Origin: the human T2T-CHM13v2.0 reference genome, Homo sapiens
NCBI RefSeq assembly: GCF_009914755.1
Contig: NC_060929.1
Direction: 5' to 3' (one strand)
DNA: 64,000 bases
Below, one piece after another: positions 44,267-64,000 of the stretch. Made by a program: the position numbers and the translations under genes. Every line of letters starts with the position of its first letter. Within the stretch, counting starts at the first letter, position 1. Under the pieces are notes generated by a model that did not search any database, was not told where the DNA came from, and was given only the letters and a program-made list of their open reading frames with translations.

Positions 44267-44483
44267 TGACATTGAAAGAGATTAATGCCAATGCCCATGA
44301 TGTTACAGTAATAAAATTAGGAAGGTGAGTGTAAATCAGCAAGAGTAAACATCAGTCTAATAGTATTCAGAGTGGTAAATAGCAGGAACGTTACAGTTCA
44401 AATGGTAACCACCACTTCCCAGAAAGAGGAATGCTTTTCTTTTTCCACTAGAATCTTGGAGTTTGCTTGTTATTTTTAACTGA

Positions 44484-44876
<393 letters not shown>

Positions 44877-45750
44877 GGATTTTTATCTTCAGCAACACAC
44901 CACATCTGAAACTCTGAACTGCAAACACCTACCTGTATATCTTTTCATAAGAATATAAACACATATATATACTTTTCTATTTTTATTTTTATATAACAAA
45001 TTATTTGACTATTCTCCCCAAACAAAGCAATGTGGTCAATGGGTAAGAGATCTCTTACAGCAGTGAAGAATTTGGTGATCGGCACCTAGTGGAGTGAGTG
45101 AGCTGGCTGAGAATGGGGACAGGAACCATGGAAATAACCCTGGATTCAGAGTTAGAATCCTGGGTTCTTGTCCTAGTTGTCACTAATCAACGGTGGTGCC
45201 TAGGGCAAGCCACTTCAGTTTTCTGCTGTGCCCTAGTTTTTCTTGTTATAAATTGGGACAATAAGGCTTGCCCTACTTATCTCATTCATTTGTTGTGAGG
45301 GTCATACAAGTTAATGTGTGAATGTGCTTTTAAGACAAAAAGCCATCCACAAATGCAATGCATTTTCATTTTTTATGTTGTCTAGTGAAACTATCAAATA
45401 AACATGTAGTTGGATGATACTCCATCTTGACGGCTGTGGATTATACAAACAGACATAATAAATTGCTAATATTATACCCCCAAATTTTATTACCAGTATG
45501 AATTGACAGAGGGATAAAAACAGTTGTATACAGATGAGGCTAAGAGTATGTTAGAAAATGATATATTAGACACTGATAGCTTTAGGAGATGTTGAGATAA
45601 AGGTGTAATAGCAAATGTGCAATCTAGATCAGTTAGTCTAGCATTTGATAAAATAATAGTGAAGTTGAATGCTTTGCTACAGTGGTTATTTTTAAAATTT
45701 AACCTGAGGAAGTATGAAAGTAAATAAAAGTTTTCATCATTAGAACTATA

Positions 45751-45901
45751 TCCTTCCTTCCTTTCTCTCTTTCTTTCCTTCCTTCCTTCCTTCCTTCTTT
45801 CCTTCCTTCCTTCCTTCCTTCCTTCCTTCCCTCCCTCCATCCCTCCCTCCCTCCCTCCCTCCCTCCCTCCCTCCCTCCCTCCCTCCTTTCTTTCTTTCTT
45901 C

Positions 45902-45980
<79 letters not shown>

Positions 45981-45981
45981 T
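45751..45981. repeat. ~230-nt polypyrimidine compound STR (CCTT)n(CCCT)n(CTTT)n
   Basis: Directly visible; it explains the K/E/R/G low-complexity ORFs at 45490-46033. Confidence 0.95.
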
Positions 45982-46265
45982 GATACAGGGTCTCACTCCT
46001 GTTACTCAGGCTGGAGTGCAGTGGCATGATCACAGTTCACTGCAGCCTCTACTTCCTGGGCTCAGGTGGAACTCCCACTTCAGCCTCCTGAGTAGCTAAG
46101 ACTACAGGTGTGCATCACCACACTGGGCTATTTTTTTGTATTTTTAGTAGAGATGGGGTTTTGCCATATTGCCCAGGCTGGTCTCGAACTCTTGGACACA
46201 AGTGACCTGCCCTCCTCAGCCTCCCAAAATGTTGGGATTACAGGCATGAGCTACCACTTGCAGCC
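45982..46265 (-). mobile_element. AluJ-like
   Basis: Reverse Alu dimer whose tail is the adjacent STR. Confidence 0.9.
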
Positions 46266-46678
46266 AGAACCAAATATTTTTAATTGGAAAAGACCTTAGA
46301 GAATATTCTAACCCAAACTCCCGTAATTTTGTAGACGAAAACATGGAAACTCAGCTTGCTTGTTCCTTGTCAAAGGTCACACATCAAAGATACTGGCAAG
46401 ATTAATCTAATATTCTGGATAATCAGAGCTATCTTTGAAACCATTTTTCAAGCCCAAAGTGAGAGACTCACTCAAAGTGGTAGCTAGATTAAGAATCTGG
46501 GATTCCAAAGTAGGACAAGATGGACAATGCTGGCATGGCTGGGCTGGGAGATAAAATGAAGCTTATGGATAGCCAGGTGTAAAGACAAGTTGGTTGAATG
46601 ATCCACTCCAGTAAAAAGGTAGAAATGGGTCAATTAAATTCTAAAGGAAAGAATAAAGTATCTGAAGGGAGACCTTGA

Positions 46679-47060
<382 letters not shown>

Positions 47061-50000
47061 TCATCATTTTGTTCTTAAAATATATTTTAAAAAAGAAGAT
47101 AGAAACTGTTATCCCATTTTAGGGAGGAGGAAATGGAGGCATAATGGGAGAGTTGGAGCTTAATTAACCTGCATAAGTCTAAAATCCACATTCTTTACTA
47201 CTATGGTCTATGAACTCCAAAATAGGAAAAAAGAGAAGACATATACCGGATTTGGCAAGACCAGTCTTTGATCCATAGGCTTGTTGTTAAGGGTGCAGTG
47301 TATGGCTCCCAAAAGCTATCAAAGCGTTTGAATATAATATCCAGAACCTACATCCAACTCTTGTTTCAAAATTATGCTTAGCTTGTAAGTTATCATCTTG
47401 CACTAATTCTGGGTCATCATTTGTCTTAGTTTTCTTTGTAATGCGGATGTGATAAAGTGGCAGTAGAGAGTCATTGGACATCGGCTTGCAATTAATTCCA
47501 GTGGATTGACGTTTATACCAAACTGCAATCAAAATAATCAGGTCATTTGTATACTAGTTAAATATTTACAAAATTATAGAATCAGAAGTCTATCAAATGT
47601 TGATGTATGTGTTTAGAATAACTGAGACCCATTCATTAATTCTTTCAACAAATATTTATTGAAAATCTACCGTGTGCCAGGCTTTGCTCTAGGAACCAGG
47701 GATGCTAAAGTTCCTGCTTTCATGAAGTTTATATTCTAGTGAAGTTGAGAAATAATATGTAAACAGGTAATAACATATAATAATTTTAGATGGTAATAAA
47801 TGCTGTAAAGAAGATAGAAAATTATGATATGAGGGAATGTGATGGGAGCAGGAAGAATTTTAACCCTCTAACTGCCCTCCCACCACTTCGTTAAAAATCC
47901 ATGAGGGTCTTCCTTTCGTAACTGTAGAATATTCCTCTGAATTGGGTTTAAAATAAGCCTCAAAAAATATACTTGCATTAGTGGGAATATTAAATAAGCA
48001 TTGTCCATATGAAATAGGACTAGCCCCAGAAAAACCATGTCTTGGTTCTGTGTGACGGAGGGACCCACAGGAGTAAAGTGCACTTGTCATTTTGCACTTC
48101 TTCATTGGCCATTTGCTGCATTCTCTTTCAGGGTAACACAACCCTGGGATCCCAGTGAGCTTTTGAAGACTGATGAAATAACTGGCTGCTGTGGTCTGGT
48201 TAGTTCACAAGGAAAGGCACAGGATGTAAAATTTCCATGTTTTATCATATCCATCCATAAAATTAGGCTAACGAATTGATAATATAAACTGGCATTCTGA
48301 AGTTATCATCAAGAAACTCCCAATATTGGCTGGATCATTTTCATAATGTTGCCATTTCATTTTCATAAGCAAAGAGACCCCATTTGGAAAATAGTGCCTC
48401 TTATGCTTTATCATGTAAATGCAAACCACTGTTGAAGTTGAGACACATAATGCTATGGAAGTGCAGAGACCTTGTTTTTGCAAACTGACAGCTCCTATTG
48501 TGTCTCTCTGATTAATATGGAAGTGATGAATGCAAATCTTACGACTTCATTTGATATCAGCTATGGTAAAAATTTGACTCATAATATTGTTTTCATGAAA
48601 AAAATCATTAAGAATCAAGTTTGGGAGAATAAGATCGGGGATGGGGAGAGAAGTTGTGAGGTAGGAAGGGAAGAGAAATGTGAAGAAGAGTCTTAACAAA
48701 GTCAGCAAAAAGAGGGACCTGTAAGGAGATTATTCAATCTTTGGGCACTGATTATGTGCATATGTATCTCTCTTATAAAGAGAGGTCTTTGTATCAGATT
48801 GACATGGAAACCTGGATGGATACCACACTCTTCTGTGGAAGGTGCTTCTTTTACAAAAACAGAACCAGCAAGGATAGTCTACTTTGAAAGATGTCATTTA
48901 GTTTGGGCCAAAATTACCCAGGCTTCAGTTGGGAGAGCTGTCCCAAGTGTTTTTTCTTAGAACCAGCACAAGAAATGTATTTTCTTTCAGTTGGTTCAAA
49001 ATCCCTGTGGGATAGAGGCACCATCAAATGCAGATTGACATCTATTTGTAGCACAACCAGAAAGGCAGTTTCATTCTGAATTATTTAACATGGCAACATT
49101 TTGCACATATAAATCATGTCCAGCTTTATTAGATTAGGCCAATTGAAGAAATATATACACCTGCCTGTCATGTAAAGCCCTTTATCTTGGGGAGTAGACT
49201 TCCCAGGGGGACTTCCCAGGAAGTAAATTGAATACTGAGTGGTTTTTTCAGTGATGGGGCCTGAATTGAAAATTGAAATTCCTGCATGGACATCAAATTC
49301 ACATAAAAAATGAGAATCTAGTTTATCTCTTTTGGTTACCAGGGTACTAATCACTCTAGAAATTTGGATTTACATGACTATGGCCCTTCTGTGCCCTTTA
49401 TGTTGGAGCTGGGCCCTGTCAATGTGATAATGTTCATAAGGCCCTTTGAGGTCTTCAGATGAAAGGCATTCTACAAACACAAACTATCACTTGCATAAAT
49501 CAATCAAGTAGCTTGATATTATTTCTCTCCATCTTTGGGTTTGCCAGAATGAGACAGAAGATAGCAAATGCTATATAGTGAGATGAAAGCATAGAGATTA
49601 ATAGGCGACTTCTTTGTAATCAGATAAGGCATGATGATGCACAGTTGATAGACTTGATTTCTGTTACAGGAAAAAAAAAATACACCCAGGGTTGTTCTCA
49701 TTGTATTCACAAAATCTCAGAGGGCAATCTCTTTCCTAAAAACAGGCTGCATCTTAAATAACTGCACCATGTTAAAGCTCTTCCTAATTTAAGTTCAGAA
49801 AAAAAAAATCACTTAGTGCCACATATGGGCACAGCATTGAGAAAATGGGATTTTATTTCTTCTCCCTCTCACTCCCCCTTCTTAGACCCAGTGCCATTAT
49901 TTTGGAGAGCTGAGAGGTGGAGAATGAAAAAGCCATTGGTCTCAGTTTTCCTGCCACAATGGCCTTTTATGAGAGGGATTAGATACGCCAAGAACTGGTG

Positions 50001-51589
50001 CAGCATTCACTGGTGCCCCGAACGACAATCTGGAAAAAAGACGATAAAAATCAGTTTGTCATAAGGTTAAATCACCAAAGACTTCCCAGATTGGTTTTTC
50101 AGATTGTTTTTTCTTTGGAAAGAAGATAAAAAAAAAAAAAAAGAAAAGAAAGAAATATGGGCTAAAAGCTGATTTTTTTTCTTTTCTTTTTTTCCCCTCA
50201 GTGCAAGATGTAGCATTCAAAAAACATGTTGAGTGAGTTGAAGCATTAAAAAGATCAGTCTTTGGCTGTTGAATGAAAGACTGTTGTGTGTGTGACTCAC
50301 ATACTAAATGGAAACCTGCCTTCAAAGCCTATTTTACTGCCTAATTATATATACACAAAATGTAGCTGTCTGTTTCAATCAAATCATAGGAAAAGGAATA
50401 AAACTCCCCTAAAGATGCAATTTTCATGGTTTGTCATAACCTTAGAAACACTGCTAATGTAAAAGGAGGAAGTACAGCTGCATGGTCCAGATAAGGTTCC
50501 AGTAATTGTTTTTCTTTTAATTATTACTTTATAAAGACATTATACCTCCTACTCTGAAGAAGAAAAATTAGTGTCCTGTCTCTTCTTTTTTTTTTTTTTT
50601 TTTTCCCTCCCTTTCCATTTTCACACCAAGCTTGTTGATATGCATTTGAGCTGTGGCTAGAAGCCAGCGTAGCTATGGAAATAATAATTTAAGTAACCAC
50701 CATAACTACAGGCTTTCAGAGGGTTTCAGGGAGGAAACCTTTTCTAAATTTATGTTCTGAATTGAGTAGAGCTTTCCAAAGCACAAAATAGAGTGCCAGG
50801 GATTGAGATAAAGTGCTTAGACCTAAACAACTGTTTGCACTTGGCTTTCATGGAAATACTTTCAGTTCATAATAGCTAATGTACTTATTTTTAAAAATTA
50901 GCAATTGCATGGGCATTTTTATTCTTGTCATCTTCACTGAAGAATAATGTAATAAAATACACAAAAGGCTCCCCCCTCAACATCTTATAATGTACAGATT
51001 TTTTTTACAATAACCAGAAATTGTAAAGTTTAATAAGCCATTACTAATTTACATATTTTCATAGATTCAAATCATTAAAATGCAATGATATTTTAATGGC
51101 TTAATAATATATCTAATTGCAGATTAAAACTTTCTAACACTGGAGATAGCATTGAACATACCACCAAGGGACTCCAAGTGCATAATTCAGTAAGAATTGA
51201 CAGCTTCTGACATTTCTTACGAAAACAGAGTTCATCACAGAATGAGTAAAATGATTATCTTGCAATATGCATTTTTTTAAAAAGTTATAATTTTAACTAC
51301 ACGTACCACCCTTCCCCTTAATCTCTTCCTGCCTACCCCTAGTTCCGTCTCCAGCCCTATTGAGTTTGGGACCTGCTCTATGAATCCACAGAGTAAACAA
51401 CTTAGCTGAGAATTCTGTGATAATTAAGCAGATATGATCACAAAGCTACTCTCAATGACTCTGAGAAATCCTTGGGTATGAGAGATATGCTAACAAATAA
51501 GAAACACGCAAAAACTGAGTGAGTTTATACTCTAGAAATCACTGCCCATACCCCAAATTCCAAAATGGGGTTTGGGACCTGTTAAAAGG

Positions 51590-52103
51590 AAACATACAAT
51601 GTTTGTAGCAGCAGTATTCACAATAGCCAAAAGGTGGAAACAACCCATGTCCATCACAGACAAATGGCTAAAATGGAGGCACAAATGGAGGGACAAATGG
51701 CTAAACAAATTTAAGTATGTCCATATAATGGAATATTATTCAACTACAATAAGGAACAAAACACTGATATATGCTGCAATGTGGATGAACCTCAGAAACA
51801 TTATGCTAAGTAAAAGAAGCCAGAGAGAAAAGGTCATATATCATATGATTCAATGATACGAAGTATTCAGAATAGGTAAATCCATAGACACAGAAAGCAG
51901 ATTGGTTGTTGTCAGAGACTAAGGGGAGGAGAGAATGGGATGTAACTGCTTAATGGGTATGAGGTTTTATTTTGGAGTGATGAAAATGTTTTGGAACTAG
52001 ATAGAGATGGTAATTGAACATTGTGAATGTACTGAATGCCACTGGTTCTTCACTTTAAAATTGTTAATTTTATGTTATGTGCATTTCACCTAAGTGAAAA
52101 AAA
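51590..52103 (+). mobile_element. L1MB-type 3' end
   Basis: GCAGCAGTATTCACAATAGCCAAAAGGTGGAAACAACCC...TGGAACTAGATAGAGATGGT...CACTTTAAAA. Confidence 0.85.
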
Positions 52104-52119
52104 CCATGATCTCATCACT

Positions 52120-55122
<3,003 letters not shown>

Positions 55123-55156
55123 CTGTTTTATTTTAAAGAAGGGACATACTAAGGTT

Positions 55157-55339
55157 GGTGGTTCTCAAACTGTGGTCCCCAGACCAGCAACATCAACATC
55201 AGCTGGGAAATTATTAGAAATGCAAATTTTTGGCTCCCACCTCAGAACTGTTGAATGAGAAGCTCTGGGAATGAAACGCAGAAATCTGGGTTTTAACAAG
55301 GCCTCCAGATGATTTTGAAGCCAAATCAGGTTTGAGAAC
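55157..55339. mobile_element. MER5A (hAT-Charlie DNA transposon fossil)
   Basis: GTGGTTCTCAAAC...ATTAGAAATGCAAATT...GTTTGAGAAC terminal inverted repeats. Confidence 0.85.
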
Positions 55340-55909
55340 TGTGATGGTTAATATTAGGTGTCAACTTGATTGGATTGAAGGATGCCTAGATGGCTGGTAA
55401 AGTACTGTTTCTGGGTGTGTTTGTGAAGGTGTTGCCAGAGGAGATTGACATTTGAGTCAGTGGACTGGGAGAAGAAGACCCACCCTCAGTGTAGGTGAGC
55501 ACCATCCAATCACTGCCAGCATAGCTAGAACAAAGCAGGTAAAAGAAACCTTGCTTGCTGAGTCTTCTGGCTTTCCTCTTTTTCCCATGCTGCATGCTTC
55601 CTTCCTTTCCTCCTGCCCTTGGTCATCAGGCTCCAGGTTCTTCGGCCTTTGTGTTCTTAGACTTAAACCAGTGGTTTGCCAGGCACTCTCAGGCCTTTGG
55701 CCACAGACTGAAGACTGCACTGTGGGCTTCCCTGCTTTTGAGGGTTTTGGACTTGAACTGAGCCAATATTGGTTCCTTTTTTTCCCCAGCTTGCAGACAG
55801 CTTATCATGGGACTTTACATTGTGATCGTGTGAGCCAATTCTCCTTAATAAACTCCTATATATGTATATCCTATCAGTTCTGTCCCTCTGGAGAACCCTG
55901 ACTAATACA
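55340..55909 (+). mobile_element. ERVL solo LTR, MLT2A2/MLT2B-type
   Basis: TGTGATGGTTAATATT...CCCTGACTAATACA termini; 5-bp TSD AGAAC. Confidence 0.88.
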
Positions 55910-56099
55910 AGAACCAATACTACAGTTGTGAGGGCTATGATCTGATGAAAGAAGGAGGGGCTGTTATTACTGAAGAGTGGAAATGCCTAAAGTCTGCAAC
56001 AAGATGCAAGGAGTTAATTTAGGAAGTCCTAATAGAAGGATGTAACATCGATTGAATCAAGAATATTTTCCCTTGGTGAAAATAAGTAAGATAAAGTTG

Positions 56100-57160
<1,061 letters not shown>

Positions 57161-57373
57161 TTGAAATGACTTTGACTGCATTCAATCATGCGGCAAGCAT
57201 TTCTTGAGCCAGACATAGTTCTATGTGCTGAGCACAGACTGGAAGACCAAAATCTTTATTCTGTCTTGTGGTACTTATAAACTTACTGGATGAAAACAGA
57301 CTATAAATAAGAAAATAAATGAAACTGATAATTTTAAATAGTGATAATTGCTGTGAATAAATAAAACACGATG

Positions 57374-57831
<458 letters not shown>

Positions 57832-59154
57832 TTATTGCAGAAGAAACAGTGTATGAAAAGACAGCAAGGCAGGAATAAGCATGGTGCCTTGGAGGAAGAG
57901 AAAGAGGGCCAAGGTAACTGAAGTACAGAAAGTGAGGGGAGCAAGGCTGTCAGAGATGTGGGCAGGGGTGAGATCAGTTAGGCTCTTCTAGGCCATGTTT
58001 ATGAGTTTAGATTTCATTCTGAGGAAAAGAGGAAAGTCCTAAAAAGAAAATGATAAGATCAGAGCTATGTTTTAAAAATATCATTTGGGCTTTTATGTAG
58101 AGAATAAATTGTTGAGGAATTGGAAGACAAGATGGTCTGAGGAGATGGGGTGGGAGACGAGGAGGAAGGTCAGAGCCATGATCCCAAGGAGAGCTGATGG
58201 TGGCGCTGCTAAGAGACAACGCTCGAGGTGGTCAATTTTTAGCCACTCTACAAACAGAAACTGCAAACCATACAGTTATTACAATCATGGGAAAAGTCAA
58301 TGGATAAAAGGGAATAGAAAGGAATTGACGTCAGATAAAAAAAAAAACACATGGGTGGGCAGATTTTATAAATACCTTCCACCATAATGAAAAAAATCTT
58401 AAACCTTGCAGGGGCAAAATGATCACTTCACACATACTTAAAAAATATTTACTCTTTGAAAAGGGATCTCATACAATAAAACATCATTGCCCTGATAAGA
58501 CAATCCTATACTTAATGTAAAGCTTAAGATTTGCTACAAAAAAGTCTAAAATCTTTTCAAATGTCAACACGTTGGACTCTTCTTCACACACGGAATACTT
58601 TGAGGTCTCGAAATCTCCTTGGTCTCTCCACACCATGCCCCCTTATCTCACCTAACAAGCACCTCTTACTCCCATTTCTTTCTCTGTGAACGGGACCGCT
58701 AGTGTCTCAGGAACCCAGGGTAGAGACACAGAGGGTTACCGCTGATTCTCCACTTTGCTTCACTCTACCCTGATTGCATCCGTAACCATGGCCTTTGTTC
58801 TATCTACTGTCCCCATTATTTTTTCCTACTACTACTTTCTATTTTCCTCTTTGCAGCAATTCTTGTTATCCTTGATTTACCCCACTCCAGGTCTCCAAAC
58901 TTTCTATATATACCTGTAGAAATAGTTCCTTGATCAAATTCAGTGATGTCATTCAACAGGTACCTGGTGTATCATTAAGTCTCCATGGCTGCTTCAACTG
59001 AGCATTCAAGACCTTGTGTCATAAGATTGAGTCTACCTTATCTTACACCCTTACCATTTCTAAGCCCTAGTGACCTAGCCAACAAAGAGAAGGAAATTAT
59101 AGTGTTCATAACAATGTTAAATTCCATGTATTATTATCCCCATTTCATAAAGAA

Positions 59155-60180
<1,026 letters not shown>

Positions 60181-60495
60181 TGCCAGTGGGAGGTTTGAAG
60201 AGTTGCTCACAATTTCATAGGAAGTAAAGTGCTGGAGCCGGAAATCCAACCAAGTCTGCTGACTGCACTGGCTGTTATTTTGCCAGGACCTACACTACTT
60301 CCCCCAACGTGTCCCCAAAGAACTGTCCGCAAAGTTAAACTATATGTTGGTGAAAATTGTATAATTGCACATTTAGTGAAAATCCAAACTCAGGGGAACA
60401 GTTCTCAGAAGAACTGGGTATGTGGCAATGCTGTTTGTCTGTGAAATTGAGCAATGTCTTTTAAAATGCTCTGCCAAAAAATAGGTTTGCCCTAG

Positions 60496-61075
<580 letters not shown>

Positions 61076-61558
61076 AGGGTTTCTATGTGTTGTGTGTGTA
61101 GTGAACTCTGTCTTGGACAGAGAAAGCTTGAGTTTCCAGGATAACAGATCTATCACTCTGTAGGTTTCTGGAAGGTAGCCTTTTCCCAAATATTTAAGTA
61201 GATGCATGTAGTGTGAACTAGTTTTTATATTATTCCAAACAAAGCCTAATTAGAAGGATAAGTATATTATCTTGGAAATTTTAAAGCTATTAATAGAGCT
61301 AGAACTAGGTTTTCTATTACATCATTCTCTGGTTTGGAGTCTCTGGACCATTGCAATGCGGAGAAATGGGAAAAGCACGAGCTCTGAATAGGAGAGAATT
61401 AGGATGGTATCCTAGTTACAATGTCACAAGATCTTGAGGCTTGAGGGGTCTTTGACAATAACGTAACTGTTAAAATTTGAGTATTAAATAATGTAATGTC
61501 TTTAAAGGGCTTAGTACATCATCTGGGCGCTTGGGGGTTCTAAATATGTGTCAGCTCC

Positions 61559-62004
61559 TGTGATAGTTAATACTGAGTGTCAACTTGATTGGATTGAAGG
61601 ATGCAAAGTATTGATCCTGGGTGTGTCTGTGAGGGTGTTGCCAAAGGAGATTAACATTTGAGTCAGTGGGCTGGGAAAGCCAGACCCACTCTTAATCTGG
61701 GTGGGCACCATCTAATCAGCTGCCAGCACGGCCAGGATATAGAACAGGCAGAAAAATGTGAAAAGGCTAGACTGGCCTAGCCTCCCAGGCTGCATCTTTC
61801 TCCCGTGCTGGAAGCTTCTTGCCCTCAAACATCAGACTCCAAGTTCTTTAGCTTTGGGACTTGGACTGGCTACCTTGCTGCTCAGCTTGCAGACAACCTA
61901 TTGTGGGACCTTGTGATTATGTGAGTTAATACTACTAAATAAACTTCCCTTTACATACATATATCCTATTAGTTCTGTCCCTCTAGAGAACCCTGACTAA
62001 TACA
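61559..62004 (+). mobile_element. HERV-L solo LTR, MLT2A1-type
   Basis: 446 bp, TGTGATAGTTAATACTGAGTGTCAACTTGATTGGATTG...CCCTGACTAATACA; 5-bp TSD GCTCC. Confidence 0.88.
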
Positions 62005-62035
62005 GCTCCTGAGCATGTTATAATGTTATAATTAA

Positions 62036-63052
<1,017 letters not shown>

Positions 63053-63074
63053 CCTAAAAATGAGTCTTAATGCT

Positions 63075-63745
63075 ACATCATGAATTAACCTTGAAAACAT
63101 TATGCTAAGTAAAATAAGACATAAAAGAACAAATATTGTATAATTCCACTATGTGAGGTACCTAAAATAGGCAAATTCTTAGAGACAGAATGGCAAATAG
63201 AGGTTACTAGAGGCTGAGGGGAGGGGGAAAGAGGAATTATTATTTATTTTATTTATTTATTTTTATTTTATGTATTTATTTTTTTTGAGATAGAGTCTCG
63301 ATCTATCCCCCAGGCTGGAGTGCAGTGGCACAATCTTGGCTCACTGCAACCTCTGCCTCCTGGGTTCAAGCAATTCTCTGCCTCAGCCTCCCGAGTAGCT
63401 GGGATTACAGGCACCCACCACCACGCCTGGAAAATTTTTTTGTATTTTTAGTAGAGATAGGGTTTCACCATCTTGGCCAGGCTGGTCTTGAACTCCTGAC
63501 CTCGTGATCCACCTGCCTCGGCTTCCCAATGTGCTGGGATTACAGGTGTGAGCCACCGCGCCTGGCCTGTTTACTGTTTTGTGGGTACAGAGTTTCAGGT
63601 TGAAATGATGAAAAAGTAATGGAGATGGATGGATGGTTGCACAAAATTATGAATGTACTAATGCCACTGAATGGTACACTTAGAAATGGTCAAAATGGTA
63701 AATTTTATATTATGTATATCTTACTACAATTAAAACAAAAATTTT
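63075..63745 (+). mobile_element. L1MB-type 3' end interrupted by an Alu (- 63240-63567)
   Basis: AACCTTGAAAACATTATGCTAAGT...GAATGTACTAATGCCACTGAA...AAAATGGTAAATTTTAT. Confidence 0.85.
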
Positions 63746-64000
63746 AAAGCAAATCTTTATTAAGGATCACACAAATGCTGAGCACTTTCTTATGTGTTAT
63801 TGAGGACATTAAAAACAAAAAGCCTCCAATTCTAGGAAGATAGTGTCAAGACAGCTTGGGAGGTTAGCTTTGAATGTTAAATACTTCTTTTTAATATCCA
63901 TTTTCTTTGTCTTCATCTCTGAATCAGGCTGAATGAGAATTGATGGATTAGAAAGTTGGCTCTACCTCTGTGCTTAGGTTAAGCTCTCAAAGATGAGCTT

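Noticed and set aside
45490-46033. KERK/EGGR-repeat ORFs (also the YI/CV-repeat ORFs at 43682-44028)
   Set aside because: Translations of simple tandem repeats.

Overview
Primate (most likely human) genomic DNA containing the 5' end of ZNF608 on the minus strand. The only credible protein-coding segment is its first coding exon: predicted exon 21652-20564, ATG at 21469, 302 codons, GT donor at 20563. Positions 1-20563 are the start of a long intron. Positions ~21.7-26 kb hold candidate non-coding first exons and a CCAAT/TATA promoter. Positions ~28-64 kb are upstream sequence dense in Alu, L1, L2, CR1/L3, MLT, MER61-like and MER5A repeats. About 20 kb around the promoter and exon (8.3-28.2 kb) is Alu-free. 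The other listed ORFs appear to be repeat-derived or chance ORFs. No new gene system is demonstrable from sequence alone. The best leads are: (i) back-splicing of the ATG exon would create a closed 308-aa ORF, paralleling circ-ZNF609, with a (CUG)9 tract just downstream; (ii) an overlapping uORF; (iii) a mirror-symmetric TATA-CCAAT><CCAAT-TATA promoter that predicts a divergent transcript, with a second CCAAT pair of identical spacing 7 kb upstream; (iv) an intronic CpG patch with an EGR site inside a GC hairpin. Repeat subfamily names and boundaries were assigned by eye and are approximate.
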